From contig NC_068985.1 of assembly GCF_001194135.2 (NCBI RefSeq), forward strand, positions 49,495,137 through 49,559,136: a DNA stretch of 64,000 bases. The letters run 5' to 3'. Position numbers and translations under genes: made by a program. Of the stretch, positions 39,254 through 52,659 are shown piece after piece. The notes under the pieces were generated by a model. That model was not told the DNA's origin, ran no database searches, and saw only the letters and a list, made by a program, of their open reading frames with translations. Each line of letters starts with the position of its first letter. Positions within the stretch are counted from its first letter, which is position 1. The DNA comes from Octopus bimaculoides. Taxonomy: Eukaryota.

Positions 39254-40645
39254 CTGAAATATAAAAGTTTCACATTGTAGAGTTTTTATTCCAATAATTT
39301 CAGGAATAAATTCAGAATTTCCATATATTCGTATTGAAACTTGTTAATGTTTCCTTATAGATGAAGTGTTAGTGTTTAGTTTTGTTTTAATAGCAATAAG
39401 TGGATGAAAGAGAAATATGCCAGTTGAAAGAGAAATAGGATATGTTGCCAGTTTACCTCAACTATCACCCACCACCAGACATGCTAGTACATATTTTAAC
39501 AATCATTTAAAAGACAATGTGGGGAGCTTCCCGAACTGCAAGAAATAGCATCCAAACCTGTCTCATTACATTCTAATGTCTTTAAATGAAACTAAAAATA
39601 AAAAAAGGTATATTGCAATCTTAAATACACTGTATCTAAAAACAAAACAAGATGATCATAGCTGGAACACCTCTGATTATAAGTCCGTTCAATCAGACTA
39701 AACAACATAAGCTAAATCATCCACAATACTTGAGACATCATTATCATCTTTTTATTGCCATCTTCCATGCTGGGCTGGACTAGGTCAGACAGTTTGATAG
39801 GATTTGAGGGGTTTAAGGACTGCTTCAGCATTGTTTTGGGCTCCAATATCTTCTTTGACATGGTTTCTATGGTTGGATGCCTTTCGTAATGCTAACAATT
39901 TTACAGACTGTACTGGGAGATTTTTTTCAGAGCACCAGCACAAGTGAGGTCACCATGCAGCTTTCAAGTCTGTGACCCTTTGAGTATTATTTTATCAATG
40001 CCAGAATAAGGAATAATGAAAAGCAAATTGAATCTCAGTGGGATTTGATCCTAGAATGTAAAGGGCTGAAATTAAATGCCACATGTATATTATCTAACAC
40101 TAAGAATTATGTTAAATAGTCTCCTTAAAGATACTAGGGTATGATTTGAGGGTGATTTGGTTGCTATTTCTAGCACATGATATTAAAAAACACTATGAAT
40201 GCGTCAGAAAACAAGCAGCAAGTATTTATCCCTTCATGTAATTTTACTCTATTTGCAATCATTTATGGTATATTAATTAAGCTTGACAAACAAGTAATTT
40301 ATTAAGCAAGAAAGTGGTGAAACTCAGTAGCAGTGAGAAAAGGCGCTGGAGTAGAACACATATTTGTAAATAACAAATATGTCAAGACTGTTATGTTGTG
40401 TAACAAACGTTGGCACGTAACTAATTAATTCAACAAAATTGACATGAGGAATCATTGCTGTTTCACACAGATAAGGAACTAAGGGAGGCCATCTCTGTTG
40501 GATAATTGCTTGGACAATGTACAAATTATGCAAACAACTCATTTATGAATTGATTAACATAAAATAAATATTAAATATTGGAAGATGAATATCAAGATGC
40601 ATGTATGAGACTTTCGCACATTCCCAAACATACCATATTTAATTA

Positions 40646-40696
<51 letters not shown>

Positions 40697-40752
40697 TGTG
40701 TGTGTTTATAACTATCTAGTTATCTACCTCTGTTTTGTTGTTGTTGGTGTGT

Positions 40753-40835
<83 letters not shown>

Positions 40836-40987
40836 GTGCAGGTATAGACATGTGGTTAAGACATTTGCTTTCCAAGCATATACTTTTAGGTTCAATCTCA
40901 CTGCATGTCACCTTAGGCAAGTGTTGTCAGTTTTACCTCCAGGAACTTGATAGATGGAAACTGCATGGAGGCCTTTCATATTCATAA

Positions 40988-41036
<49 letters not shown>

Positions 41037-41804
41037 GTCTGTTTCTTTTATATCAAAGTTTGATTATTCTTTTCTCTTGCTTTATTCATCAGTTTTTACA
41101 TTCATTTTTCCCATTTGCTTCATGGTATTAGAATCTGTTATGAGTTTGACATTATTTCACAAACTGGATAGATGCCATTCCTATCACCAACACCACTCAC
41201 TTTACAACATGAATTGAGTACATTTTGTCATACCACCAGTACTGGAGAGGTGGTTTATCAGGATTAAGTGTCCCTACTGGCACAGATGAAATGAAGTCAG
41301 ACAACATCACTGGCTCCTTAGAAACAGAATCTTTTCTAGTATTATACAATAAGCAATTTGTGTTTTTCCATTGATGACTAATGAAGATAATTGTTATGGT
41401 TATGTGGTTGAGTTTTGTTCATTTGATGGTTGATGAGTTAAATTCTGACATTAACATAATGGCCATATTGAGGTCAAGATACTACCTGATTGAGCTTTAA
41501 GGAGTCACAATTGGTTTCTGCTGTTTGAATGTCTGTCCCACGCAAGTATTTTGCACTTAGAATAAACAATGCTAAACAATCAACACTACAATACAATTAA
41601 CAAATGACATACAATTAACAATCAACAATTCTGAATTAACAGAATTGTCCTAAAAAATGAAAACAAAAAAAAAAATGAGAAAAATACAAAAACAAAAATG
41701 TAAAAATAAAAATGTAAAACAAAATTTTTTAATAGATAATTTGAAGTTTCTAAAGATAAAGAATAAATATTCAGAATGAATTTGGTTATTTGTATTGTAA
41801 CATC

Positions 41805-42778
41805 TTTATTTAGAAAATATTTATGACTCAACCAAAGTAACATTCTTTTGCTAAGAAGTTTCAATGATTTCAATTCCTTCTACTTTTCTTTTTTTTTTAA
41901 TTTTTATACATTTTGTTTTTCAAGTTATTCAAGTATTTGATGTAATCTGGAAACATAAGGCGGGTAACATTCTTTTTGAGAATGTTAGGTGTTATGTCAG
42001 AAGCCAAGGAGAAAAATGAAAATGAAATTTAAAAAAAAAATGGAAATAGAAAGAGAATTAAGTTGTACAATTGCAACATACTTTTACACATTTTAATTCA
42101 CATTCATAAATCCATGGAAATGTAATAATGCATTACATATTCATATTTGTACATTTATGTAGAAATATAAAATTACATATAAGTACACTACAAAGAATTA
42201 TTGGATAAAGGTCAACTCAAACAGTTGTTTATCTAAGATCAATTGAATACCAGTAATATATTTGCATAAATATTTACACTGAGGTGGTAGAGCAATGGTA
42301 TTCTCTGCTTAGAAATAGTAGAAAAATATTTATAAGCAAATATCATTAAGTGAAAATATTTTTTTTTTTCAATAAATACTGTATTATATTTATGTGTTAG
42401 AAAAAAGAAGAGTAACCATCTATGTCATTTACTTGTTCCAATTAATGGAATTTACAGAACTGTCATAAAAAATCTGAAATCCTACACGAGGCCACGTCAC
42501 AGCAGCAGTTACAAAGAAGAGCTCCATTATTCAACAAATTGAGCCCAGTACTTATTTTTAAACTTGATACAAACTCTATCATTCACTTTTGCCAAACCAC
42601 TGAGTTACAGGGACATAAACAAACTAGCACCAGTTCTCAAGTGAGGGGACAAACACAAACAAGTATACATACACACACACACATTATATATATATTTATT
42701 TAGAAAATATTTGACTCAACCAAAGTAACATTCTTTCGCTAAAAAGTTTCACTGATTTCAATTCCTTCTACTTTTCTT
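41805..42778. repeat. About 85-bp direct duplication (41805-41890 and 42695-42778)
   Basis: The copies differ by a 2-bp indel and 3 substitutions. Confidence 0.9.
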
Positions 42779-42789
42779 ATTTTATTTTT

Positions 42790-43045
42790 GGGATCACCAC
42801 TACTTTATTATCTCCCCTCCTTCCTAGCACTCCTGTGTGACCCCTCTGTCTGCCATTCGCCATGATAGATTGCTAGCCACTACACATACTTTATTTTCTC
42901 TCCTTGTTTCTTTCTGTGTTCCTTTCTGTGGAAGAGCATAGGCTCGAAACGTTAAAGACTTTTTCACTTTCCGTGCATTAAACTAATACATCTGCTTGTT
43001 GTCTACACCGCCTGTCTTCGTCTTTTGTCTTTTTTTTTTGTGAAT
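42790..43045 (+). mobile_element. Probable Penelope-like pLTR/3' end containing a hammerhead-like motif
   Basis: Contains CTTT-CTGTGGA-A-GAGCatagGCTC-GAAACGTT-AAAG. CpG-retaining flanks end at a (TA)n tract. The PLE assignment is from recalled architecture. Confidence 0.5.
42922..42957 (+). ncRNA. Minimal type-I hammerhead-ribozyme-like fold with a variant core
   Basis: Stem I is CUUU/AAAG, the core is CUGUGGA (A6U), stem II is GAGC/GCUC, then GAA, a palindromic ACGU stem III and a GUU site. Confidence 0.45.
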
Positions 43046-43048
43046 TCT

Positions 43049-43100
<52 letters not shown>

Positions 43101-43380
43101 AATGGGCTCCTTTCAGTTTCTACCTACCAAATTCATTCAGAAGGCTTTAAGTAGCCTGGGGCGATAGCAGAAAACACTTGCCCAGGGTAAAATAATAAGC
43201 ACTGCAGTGTGCTTATGAGATTTGCTTTTTGACCATTTGCTTCAGGTTCAGTCTTCAGTCCTATTATGTGCTAATTTAGATAGTATCAGGACAACCAATG
43301 CCTTATGAAGGAATTTGGTAAATAAAAACAGTAGGACACCTGTTTTATATGTACAATACATACATACATACATACATACA

Positions 43381-43414
<34 letters not shown>

Positions 43415-43891
43415 CAGCACTGGATTAACCATTAAGCAAATGCTTAGGACATCAAAGGAAGTAGGGCACCACAGACATGGTAAACTTGCTAAAATAATAT
43501 TCAAAGTGGTTTATATGATTGTAAATATCATTTATTATTTATATAAGTTCATGGTGTCATAGTAAGAATCTGACCAAAGGCTTTACAATTAAAAGAAGTA
43601 GGAAAAAACTTTTCGAAAGAAAATAAAGTGGAAGTATACAAAAGTAAACATTATTTTCCATCTTACTGTTCGTTTTCTTTTATTTAAAAAAAATGAAAAT
43701 TTATTTTATGGTTTATTATTGTTTATATTTTGCAGTACACAAATATGGAGGCACCAAAATATTTTATGTGCTTAGGGTTTCTATGGGTCTTTGTTCAACC
43801 CTGTGTATGTATACATCTGGAATAAAAACATGAAAACACATATGGATTGGTAATAGGAAAGAATCTGGCCTTATAATCTTGACCTGAATAA

Positions 43892-44252
43892 CATCATCAT
43901 CATCATCATCGTTTAACGTCCGCTTTCCATGCTAGCATGGGTTGGACGGTTTGACTGAGGACTGGTGAACCAGATGGTTACACCAGGCTCCACTCTGATT
44001 AGGCAGAGTTTCTACAGCTGGATGCCCTTCCTAACACCAACCACTCCGAGAGTGTAGTGGGTGTTTTACGTGCCACTGGCACGAGGGTCAGTCAGGCGGA
44101 ACTGGCGACGGCCACGCTTGAAATGGTGTGTTTTACGTGCCACCTACACAGGAGCCAGCCCATCGGCACTGGCAACGATCTCGCTCGAATGTCTTTTCAC
44201 GTGCCACTGGCACAAGTGCTTATCAAAATCCATGATAGCATGGGAAAAGGTT
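43892..44252 (-). mobile_element. SINE-C/RTE-tail retroposon with (GAT)n 3' tail
   Basis: (CAT)nCGTTTAACGTCCGCTTTCCATGCTAGCATGGGTTGGACG... Related copies lie at about 1295, 2450, 9205, 9895, 39740, 52660, 54258 and 58726. Confidence 0.85.
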
Positions 44253-44281
44253 GAATGACCATATGTATTTGCATATGCATA

Positions 44282-44332
<51 letters not shown>

Positions 44333-44439
44333 ACCATCAACAAATCACTAGCTCTATTTTTGAATAGAAATGGTGGAAGACAAAGTTAGCAACAGGAAGA
44401 GCATTTGGCTATAAAATAATGCTTCAATAATATAGAATA

Positions 44440-44530
44440 AAAACTGAAGCTTTACTCCCTGGAGAGAAGATGAGAAAAGTATGTAGTGATATACATATGG
44501 AAGATCCTGGAAGATCTAGCTCAAATGACA
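44440..44530 (+). mobile_element. CR1-like LINE 3' fragment
   Basis: It encodes LKLYSLERR*EKYVVIYIWKILE, resembling the CR1 motif L.LYSLERRRERY.IIY.WKILE. Confidence 0.65.
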
Positions 44531-45565
44531 CATCTCATAAATTACAGCTGTTTCCGCTTCATTAATAAAACAAAGTTTTTCAAGAATAATCAAATCTGTT
44601 TAAATATGTAATGATGCTTCATCAGATTGACATATCTTCATAAATGTTTGATGAAAAATATCAAATGAAAATATTTATAATTTCTAAACTTTTACAAAGA
44701 CACTATATAAGAGCAAGCTTAATCATAAATAAGTAAATGATCTAACTGAAATTTTGTAAATTCATAACTTTAAATCTATAACTATTCCATTCTATAACTG
44801 ATTTATTTGCACAATACAGACGTTTATGTATACACATATTTATATATACTTATATATACACACATATACCTATCATTTATGTATACATACATACATACAT
44901 ACATACACACACACGCATGTACATATACACAGATGCATATACACATACACAAGTTTAGTTATTCATATATATGAATTATTGTTTTGTTTGCCAAGAGCAA
45001 AGAAAACAATAGAGAGTGGACATATGAAAGTGAATAAATGTAATTTAAGACAATGGACAAAGATGAAATAAATAAGAAGCAAGCAAAATATAGCCTCAGG
45101 ACAAAAAAGACAAGAATGGTAGGTAATGCTTAGAAGGCATCCTAAAGGATAAGAAAACAGCAAATAGCAAGACAGGTGAGACACAAAGAATTTATGATCA
45201 GTCAGCTATGCAACCAGTGTGATAAAGGGAGAGAAAGAAAGGAAAGTTGGTTACAGGTCACATGTCAGCAGCAGGTAGAGGAGAGAGAGGGAGAGACAGA
45301 CTGACTGAGAAAATAAAAAGAGAACAGATGAAAGGGAAGAAAGGAGAAAGGCTAGAAAGGCTAAGAGGGTGAGAGAGAGAAAAGGAGAAAGAGTGAAGGC
45401 AAGAAACGGAGTTGCAAGGATATATAAAAAACTTACTGTTATATATATACATATATTTGTAAAACCCATTCTAGCATGGAAAAATCATGTAAAATGAGCA
45501 AATGAACAAATGGTAATAAACAAAGTAAATACTTGCACTGCTATCAGAATGTAGATTAACTTTAA

Positions 45566-45768
45566 CCCTTTAACATTTTAACCAACCATATCCTGTCAAA
45601 ATATTCTATTTGTTTTATATTCAAACCAGCCGCATCTCTCACATCTACCTTGCAATATCACTCTAAAAATAAACAATCACATCACCGAAATCTTGAAACT
45701 TCAAGACAATGCATGATTAATTCAAAACAATGAATTACATTTGACAAACTAATCTGAATGTTAAAAGG
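45566..45768. mobile_element. piggyBac-type MITE
   Basis: TTAA|CCCTTTAACATT ... AATGTTAAAAGG|TTAA; same family as 36374 and 60202. Confidence 0.8.
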
Positions 45769-47559
45769 TTAAGCATTGACTGAATGTTGTTGTCTAACTT
45801 ATCTTCATATACCAATGACAAACTTTATCTTTACTTAGAGTTCTTTAATGCAATTTAAAACTATGATCAATGTGGTAAACATACCAAAATAAGTTAATAA
45901 CATGGTTACAAATCTCCAGACTATAATGCCTAAAATGATGAGATACTAGTTTACACAAACACACACATTATATATAGCATTTAGAGAAGTACAACTGCAA
46001 AGAAACACCTATGTACAACTACGTACACAATCAACCCATGCTTCATGAAATATGGGTACTAAATAATGGTGACAAGGATAATGAAATAGACTGATAAATA
46101 ATTGAAAATTTGAACTCAGAATTAGAATTTAAGAACCTTCAGCTTCAAATAAAAATTATGTATGTATACATATAAATGATATGAGAATTTTTTTGTCAAG
46201 ATGACTCAAATTAATAGGTATGTGTTCTGAGCACTCAAATTTATACATATACCACTAAAATTCTGGTTTGAACACAGTTGAAGATGTGATTTTGTGACTG
46301 CCATTCTAAAGCAGCTAGATGTGGCTTTCCCTTGAGCCAGTGGGTATAGATAAAAGCAGGAAAGAAAAGGCAAACAGTTTGGCAAGACTTGACAAGGACA
46401 TTTAATTTAGCGATATAATAAAAGATTTACATAGTCTCTATTAGCTGTTTCTAGAATATCCAAGCTATTGAAACATTGTGTAGAGTGAGGATTCCATAGG
46501 CCAGGTATTCCATCATTGGAGAGACATAGGTTAAGCATATGTAACAGTGGAAGAATATTCCTCATCAATGGTAATTATTGGGGTTCATTATGTCTAGAAA
46601 AGGAGACATGCAAGTAAATCCAATTAAAAGAGATATTAGGCAAATCCATGAACAGAAAGACTGGTTTGATAGTAATTCATGACAAGGGAAAATGGATGCT
46701 AGCAGTTCCAAAGTTGGACAAATACTGAAAGGAGGAATAAGTATGGTACACTCAAATGAAATGAAGATAGGCAGATAGAAGTTTTGTACTAGATATATAC
46801 TAATCAGTATAGCAAAGGGTATTCTTGTCCAGAAAGGTTAGGGGATGCATGTGCAAAGACAAATAGGTAAGGGACAAATAAAGCAGATGTCAGATTTACA
46901 GGTTGGGTAGCAATAGGAAAGGAAAGGGGTAGTGGAGGTAAAAAGATAATAGCTGTTTGATGTAGTAGGTGGTCAATTTTATTAAAGGGGAAGGGAGAAT
47001 CAGGGCTAGCTTGGTTGTAATAGTGCTAGAAATAGATGCCATACTAGCAAACAAAAAATTATAAATTTAAAACTAAGATTAAAAATTAAAATTATAAATA
47101 CAAAAAATAAAAAAGATGAAAGAATAAACATAAAAATATAAATAAAATAAAAATAAAGTTAAAATTAAGATTTGAGTAGTGTTAAAGAAGATATATTTCC
47201 ATTGAGAATCAAGAGATAAAATTAAATAAGGCAATAAGTACAAAGATAATCAAGGATAAATATAGATATAAATTAATAATTAAATAGATAGAGTAGGGAC
47301 TGAACTACAAAGTATAGAAGGATGGAATGATTATGTAGAAATCCTAATTTTTCTCAGAGTGGGGAGCAGATAGGCCTCATGGTATTCTATTAAATACGAA
47401 GGTGATGTAACAGAGAGGAAATTATATTAGTTACACTTTGGGTGTGCATATAAAGGAAAGGATGAGGATCTACGAAAGAAGGATAGGAAGTAGAGTTACT
47501 GTGGATGTACCAAATAGGTAGTATGCTTAAGCTAAATGTTAATGATAATCCAAAATATT

Positions 47560-48047
47560 AGGTTTTTTTATATTCAGACCTGTTGAAGAACTTGAAAGAC
47601 CTAAAGAATTTGTGTATACACGTGGAGAAGGCTTAATGCTGTTTATTTAGTAACTGTGTAGGGTTATGTAACAAGAAATGGAGGGATTCTTTCAGACAGC
47701 CAGCATGGAGCATGCTGGCCCTGGTATGGAGGGCCAGGGTCAATGATGGATCATGTTATGTTGTAAGGTATCTTAATCCCCTTAAGGTAATGCACATGGT
47801 CAGCAGGAGAAGTAGATTTGCTATATTCTTCATACTTGAACAAATCTAGATGCATTGAGTATCATTGTTCAGAATTAATTGTAGACCCAATATAGTACTT
47901 AGTAGAGTTGTTAAGCATGCTACAGACCATGCATTTGTAAACCACATTAAACCTTCTGCAGTGAGTTTGCAAAGGGCATTTATTCATAGATTTGTAGTTG
48001 CAACTAGACCTATCCTCACCCACTTTATTTGCATGAATTACTATCAA
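47560..48047 (-). mobile_element. Penelope-like element C-terminal remnant (Cys cluster plus GIY-YIG)
   Basis: It encodes SCNYKSMNKCPLQTHCRRFNVVYKCMV...TKYYIGST followed by a degraded Y..H...F..E.Y..STS region. This matches the CNC..CP...C...VVY / YIG layout of PLE endonucleases. Confidence 0.75.
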
Positions 48048-48063
48048 ACCATTCTTTCTGTTC

Positions 48064-48950
48064 TTGGCCAGATGTTAGGGGTGATATGGTCGCAGAAATT
48101 GTCTGACAGCCATGACTGGGTTCTTTTGCTTGTGTGGAAAAGTGCAGAGTCTTGTTGCCAGACAGAGGGTCTTCCAGCAACCACTCTCTTGACCCAGGAT
48201 AGGACTACCTCTTCCAGGCACTTGATGTAGGCCTGTGTGTTGAGTCTGAGGCTGTGTGGGAAGATAAATGGAGGCATTACATCACCATCACTAGTGATCA
48301 CTCCAAACACTATGATGTTGACTGGATTTTGATTTTTGTCACTCTCAGTACATGTTTTGGGGACACAGCAAGTCAATGGTTGTTCTGTGTGTTCACCATC
48401 TGGCAGAAATTTTTCTTGTCTAAGAAAAACCAAAACATGTTCAGTTGGAAGGGATACTTGAATTTGTTCAAAAGCTTTATAGTGTGATCTTTCCTCTTGT
48501 CTTCGATGGCTTGGGATAAAAATTGGCCCTTTCTTATCTTGTATGAGGAATACTGAATGTCTTCATGCACTACTTGCCTGATAAGAAACTCAGACACTCC
48601 CTGGAGATGGACCTGATTGACTTGGATGGATCGTGGGCAATCATGGCCTGGATCTCACCAAGAAATTCAGAAGTTCTTTTCTATCAGAATGATCAGAGCG
48701 AGTCTTCAGAGCGAGTCTTCAGAGCGAGTCTTCAGAGCTGCTGTACCTTCATAATCACGATTTGACTCATCCAACTCTTCTCGAATCCTCTGCACTTGTC
48801 CTCAGATTTACACCCAAACACTCTGAAATGTTCATACTGGAGCTTCCAACTGGAATGCCAAACAGTACAGCATGTCATTTCCAAATTTCTGGCAGAATGA
48901 ATTGTACCATGGTGCTGTTTTTCTCACAGACAGTACCCAATTGACTCTAC
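48064..48950 (-). mobile_element. maT (DD37D)-like mariner transposase remnant, truncated after WP
   Basis: The minus strand encodes VFGVITSDGDVMPPFIFPHSLRLNTQAYIKCLEEVVLSWVKRVVAGRPSVWQQDSALFHTSKRTQSWLSDNFCDHITPNIWP, with frameshifts and stops upstream. The third catalytic D is missing, so the family call is inferred from motif similarity. Confidence 0.8.
48694..48738. repeat. 13-bp tandem triplication inside the maT-like remnant
   Basis: CAGAGCGAGTCTT x3 plus a partial CAGAGC. Confidence 0.95.
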
Positions 48951-49314
48951 TATACTGTGTACTCAACAAAATCAANNNNNNNNNNNNNNNNNNNNNNNNN
49001 NNNNNNNNNNNNNNNNNNNNNNNNNNNNNNNNNNNNNNNNNNNNNNNNNNNNNNNNNNNNNNNNNNNNNNNNNNNNNNNNNNNNNNNNNNNNNNNNNNNN
49101 NNNNNNNNNNNNNNNNNNNNNNNNNNNNNNNNNNNNNNNNNNNNNNNNNNNNNNNNNNNNNNNNNNNNNNNNNNNNNNNNNNNNNNNNNNNNNNNNNNNN
49201 NNNNNNNNNNNNNNNNNNNNNNNNNNNNNNNNNNNNNNNNNNNNNNNNNNNNNNNNNNNNNNNNNNNNNNNNNNNNNNNNNNNNNNNNNNNNNNNNNNNN
49301 NNNNNNNNNNNNNN

Positions 49315-49368
<54 letters not shown>

Positions 49369-50429
49369 ATGTGTGTATGCATGTGTGTGTGTGTCTATGC
49401 ATCTATGTTCATCAGCCCCACTGATTTACAACTGGTGTTAGAATGGTTATGTCCCTGTAACTTAGCAGTTCAGCTAAAAAGAGCAATAGAAGAAGAATTA
49501 GGCTTAAAAAAATAAGGCCTGGGGTTGATTTGTTTGACTAAAACACTTCAAGGTTGTGCTCCAGCATGATTGAAACAAGTAAAAGATAATATATATATAC
49601 ATAAGTATATATTTATATACTTTTACAGACATGTGTATACACACACATATATATGCATTAACACACATGGTGCTCCAGCATGGCTGAAGTTAAATGACTG
49701 AAACAAATAAAAGATTATATACACACACACACACACACATACATATATAGACACATACACATAGCAATACATGCATACACATATGTGTATGTATATCCAT
49801 ATACACATACGTATGTACACATACTCTGAGGAGAAAAAGTGAGCGAGAGAGAATGAATTATGTAGGATAGTTTTTTAAAAAAAAGAAAGCACTTCAACAT
49901 AATTCCTGACAATAAAATAGCAGCTATTTTCTATGTTACCCCAGTAAATTTCAATTACGTCATTAAAAAAAACCACACATCAGTCTATGGTGCTCCCTCC
50001 CTCTGTAAACTTTAAATAACTCAACAGGATATACATACTCAAAAAACATCATTAACCAACGCAAACTAACATCATATAGGAAATATAGAGATGAAGTGCT
50101 ACAATGAAGAAGGATATTGGGGAGGTGAAAGTTGGTAGTAGGAGTGGTATTTGGAATTTTGGTGAAAGTTCTGATATTTAGAATTATGATAGAAATAGTG
50201 ATTGGATTCGCAATGATTAAAAGGAATATTGTTGTTATTGTCATTCTTTAGTCCCATGTCAGCTCTGATCAAACAGTTCAATGATCAAAGACCTTCAAGA
50301 TATGGCAATCTAGGAGTCTTTTCAAACATTATTTATTCAGAATATATTGTTCAATATGTCTTTTACTTTTAAGACAGTATTTTGAGCAACAACAGAGAGG
50401 TATCTTCATTAGCTTGTTAAAATGACTTT

Positions 50430-51520
50430 CAAAGTGTAATGAGAAAAGTGGTGTTTGGAAGTGTAATAACAGAGGTGCTGTTTGAAAGTGTAATGACAGA
50501 GGTGGTGTTTGAAAGTATAATGACAAAAGTAGTGTTTGGATGTGAAATGGAAGAAGTGGTATTTCAAAGTGCAATCATAGAAGTGGTGTTTGGCAGTATA
50601 ATGATAGAAGCAGTACTTGTAAGTGTAATGACAGAAGTGGTGTTTGGAAGTGTAATGATGGAAGCAGTGTTTGGAAGCGTAATGGAAGAAGCATATTTTG
50701 AAAGTGTAATGGAAGAAGCATATTTTGAAAGTGTAATGGTAGAAATGGTGTTTGGAAGTGTAATTGTTGAGGTAATATTTGGAAGTGTAATGGTAAGAGC
50801 AGTGTCTGGAAGTGTAATGGAAGAAGTGCTGTTTGGAAGTGTAATTGTAGAAGCAATGTTTTGAAGTGTAATGATAGAAGTTGTGTCTTGAAGTGTAGTA
50901 TCAAAACGGTGTTTGGAAGAAGTATAATGAGAGAAGCAGCATTTGGAGTTGTAATGGTAGAAGCGGTGCTTGGAAGTGTAATGGTAGAAGCAGTGCTTGG
51001 AAATGTAATGGTAGAAGCAGTGTTTGGAAGTGTAATGGTAGAAGCAGTGCTTGGGAATGTAATGGTAGAAGCAGTGTTTGGAAGTGTAATGGTAGAAGCA
51101 GTGTTTGGAAGTGTAATGGTAGAAGCGGTGCTTGGAAGTGTAATGGTAGAAGCGGTGCTTGGAAGTGTAATGGTAGAAGCAGTGTTTGGAAGTGTAATGG
51201 TAGAAGTGGTGTTTCAAAGTGTAATGACAAAAGAGGTGTTTGGAAGAAGTGTAATGAGAGAAGCAGCATTTGGAAGCATGATGACAGAAGTGATGTTTGG
51301 AAGTGTAATGGTAGAAATAGTGTTTGGAAGTATAATTGTAGAAGCAGTGTTTGGAAGTGTAATTGTAGAGGGAAGTGTAACTGTAGAGTGGTGTTTGGAA
51401 GTGTAATTGTAGAGTGGTGTTTGGAAGTGTAATGGTAGAAGTGGTGTTTGAAAGAAGTGTAACAGTAGAAGCAGCATTTGGAAGAGTAATGACAGAAGTG
51501 GTGTTTAGAAGTATGGTGAT
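50430..51520. repeat. 27-bp minisatellite, about 40 units, consensus GGAAGTGTAATGGTAGAAGCAGTGTTT
   Basis: Direct tandem units are visible, and the ORF track shows 9-aa periodic peptides (GSVMVEAVF; HYTSKHCFY; LPLHFQTLL; TITLPNTAS). Confidence 0.95.
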
Positions 51521-52445
51521 AAATATGACATATTTAATTCTTTTATCCCAAAATGTGAGCCAGTCTGAAAAAATATGAATACATATGATTATGTAATAAT
51601 GAATACATTATGATTGAGTAGGGGACAGAGCATCATGGCTGAAATAGTTGTAGTCACAGAACTGAAATAGAAGTAAACAATAACAACAGCAACTCTATGT
51701 CCTCTCTCTCTACCTCAATCTCAAATGATGGGTATTATCCCAAGATTTCAAAATCATTTTCCTTATATTAACTAAACTTAGGAACTTTGTTATGGACTAA
51801 AATAAAAGCAGGATGGATACAATTCATTGTTTGAACCATTTGCTGTCCATATGTAAAATATTTTACATTGCTAACAGGAAGTTTTTGTATAGAAAAGGAT
51901 ATAACTATTCTACTGCGATGCAATTTAAACAAAATACAATAAAAACACTTGAACTGAATATGAAGTTCTTGGAATCAAGAATCTGGTAGGCCACATTTTG
52001 TAAACATCTCTAGAATCCGTTTAGCTAATATTTATTAGAGAAAACTTGGATTTACAATTGTAAGTAATGAAAATAATATGAGCTTTGTTTTGAGTTAACA
52101 ATACTGATGCTTGTTTACACATACAAAAATTCTTGAAACAAACATATATATATATATATGCACACCATATCTGTTTCCATTTTTTATGCAAAAATAGGAA
52201 CGTTTAATAGATATATTCATTCATTTTACATATATAATGTACATGCATATACATACACATACACACACACACACAGATATACACATGTCTGTGTGCAGTC
52301 ACATATACACACACGCTCGTAGTGATATTAAGTAAAGTTGTTTACTGTACATTAAAACACTAAACATCATAATTAAGCTACATCATTTTATTAAAGAACT
52401 GTGATAAGAATCTAATAGAAACATCATGAAAATGATACATAATGT

Positions 52446-52491
<46 letters not shown>

Positions 52492-52659
52492 CACACACAC
52501 ATACACATCCAGACATGTTTACATCCTCTTCATCTAAGATGACTGCACCTACAGTGGTGCTCCAGCATGACTGAAATCACATGACTGAAATGAGTAAAAG
52601 AAAAAAAGCACCTTTTGAGCGTTGGGCCTCATAGAGGCAATGATCACTGAGACCTTTGG

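Noticed and set aside
50439-51520. Minisatellite as a CRISPR array or a confident repeat-protein gene
   Set aside because: The units are contiguous with no unique spacers, the context is eukaryotic and no cas genes are present. ORFs occur in several frames on both strands, so none is specifically supported.
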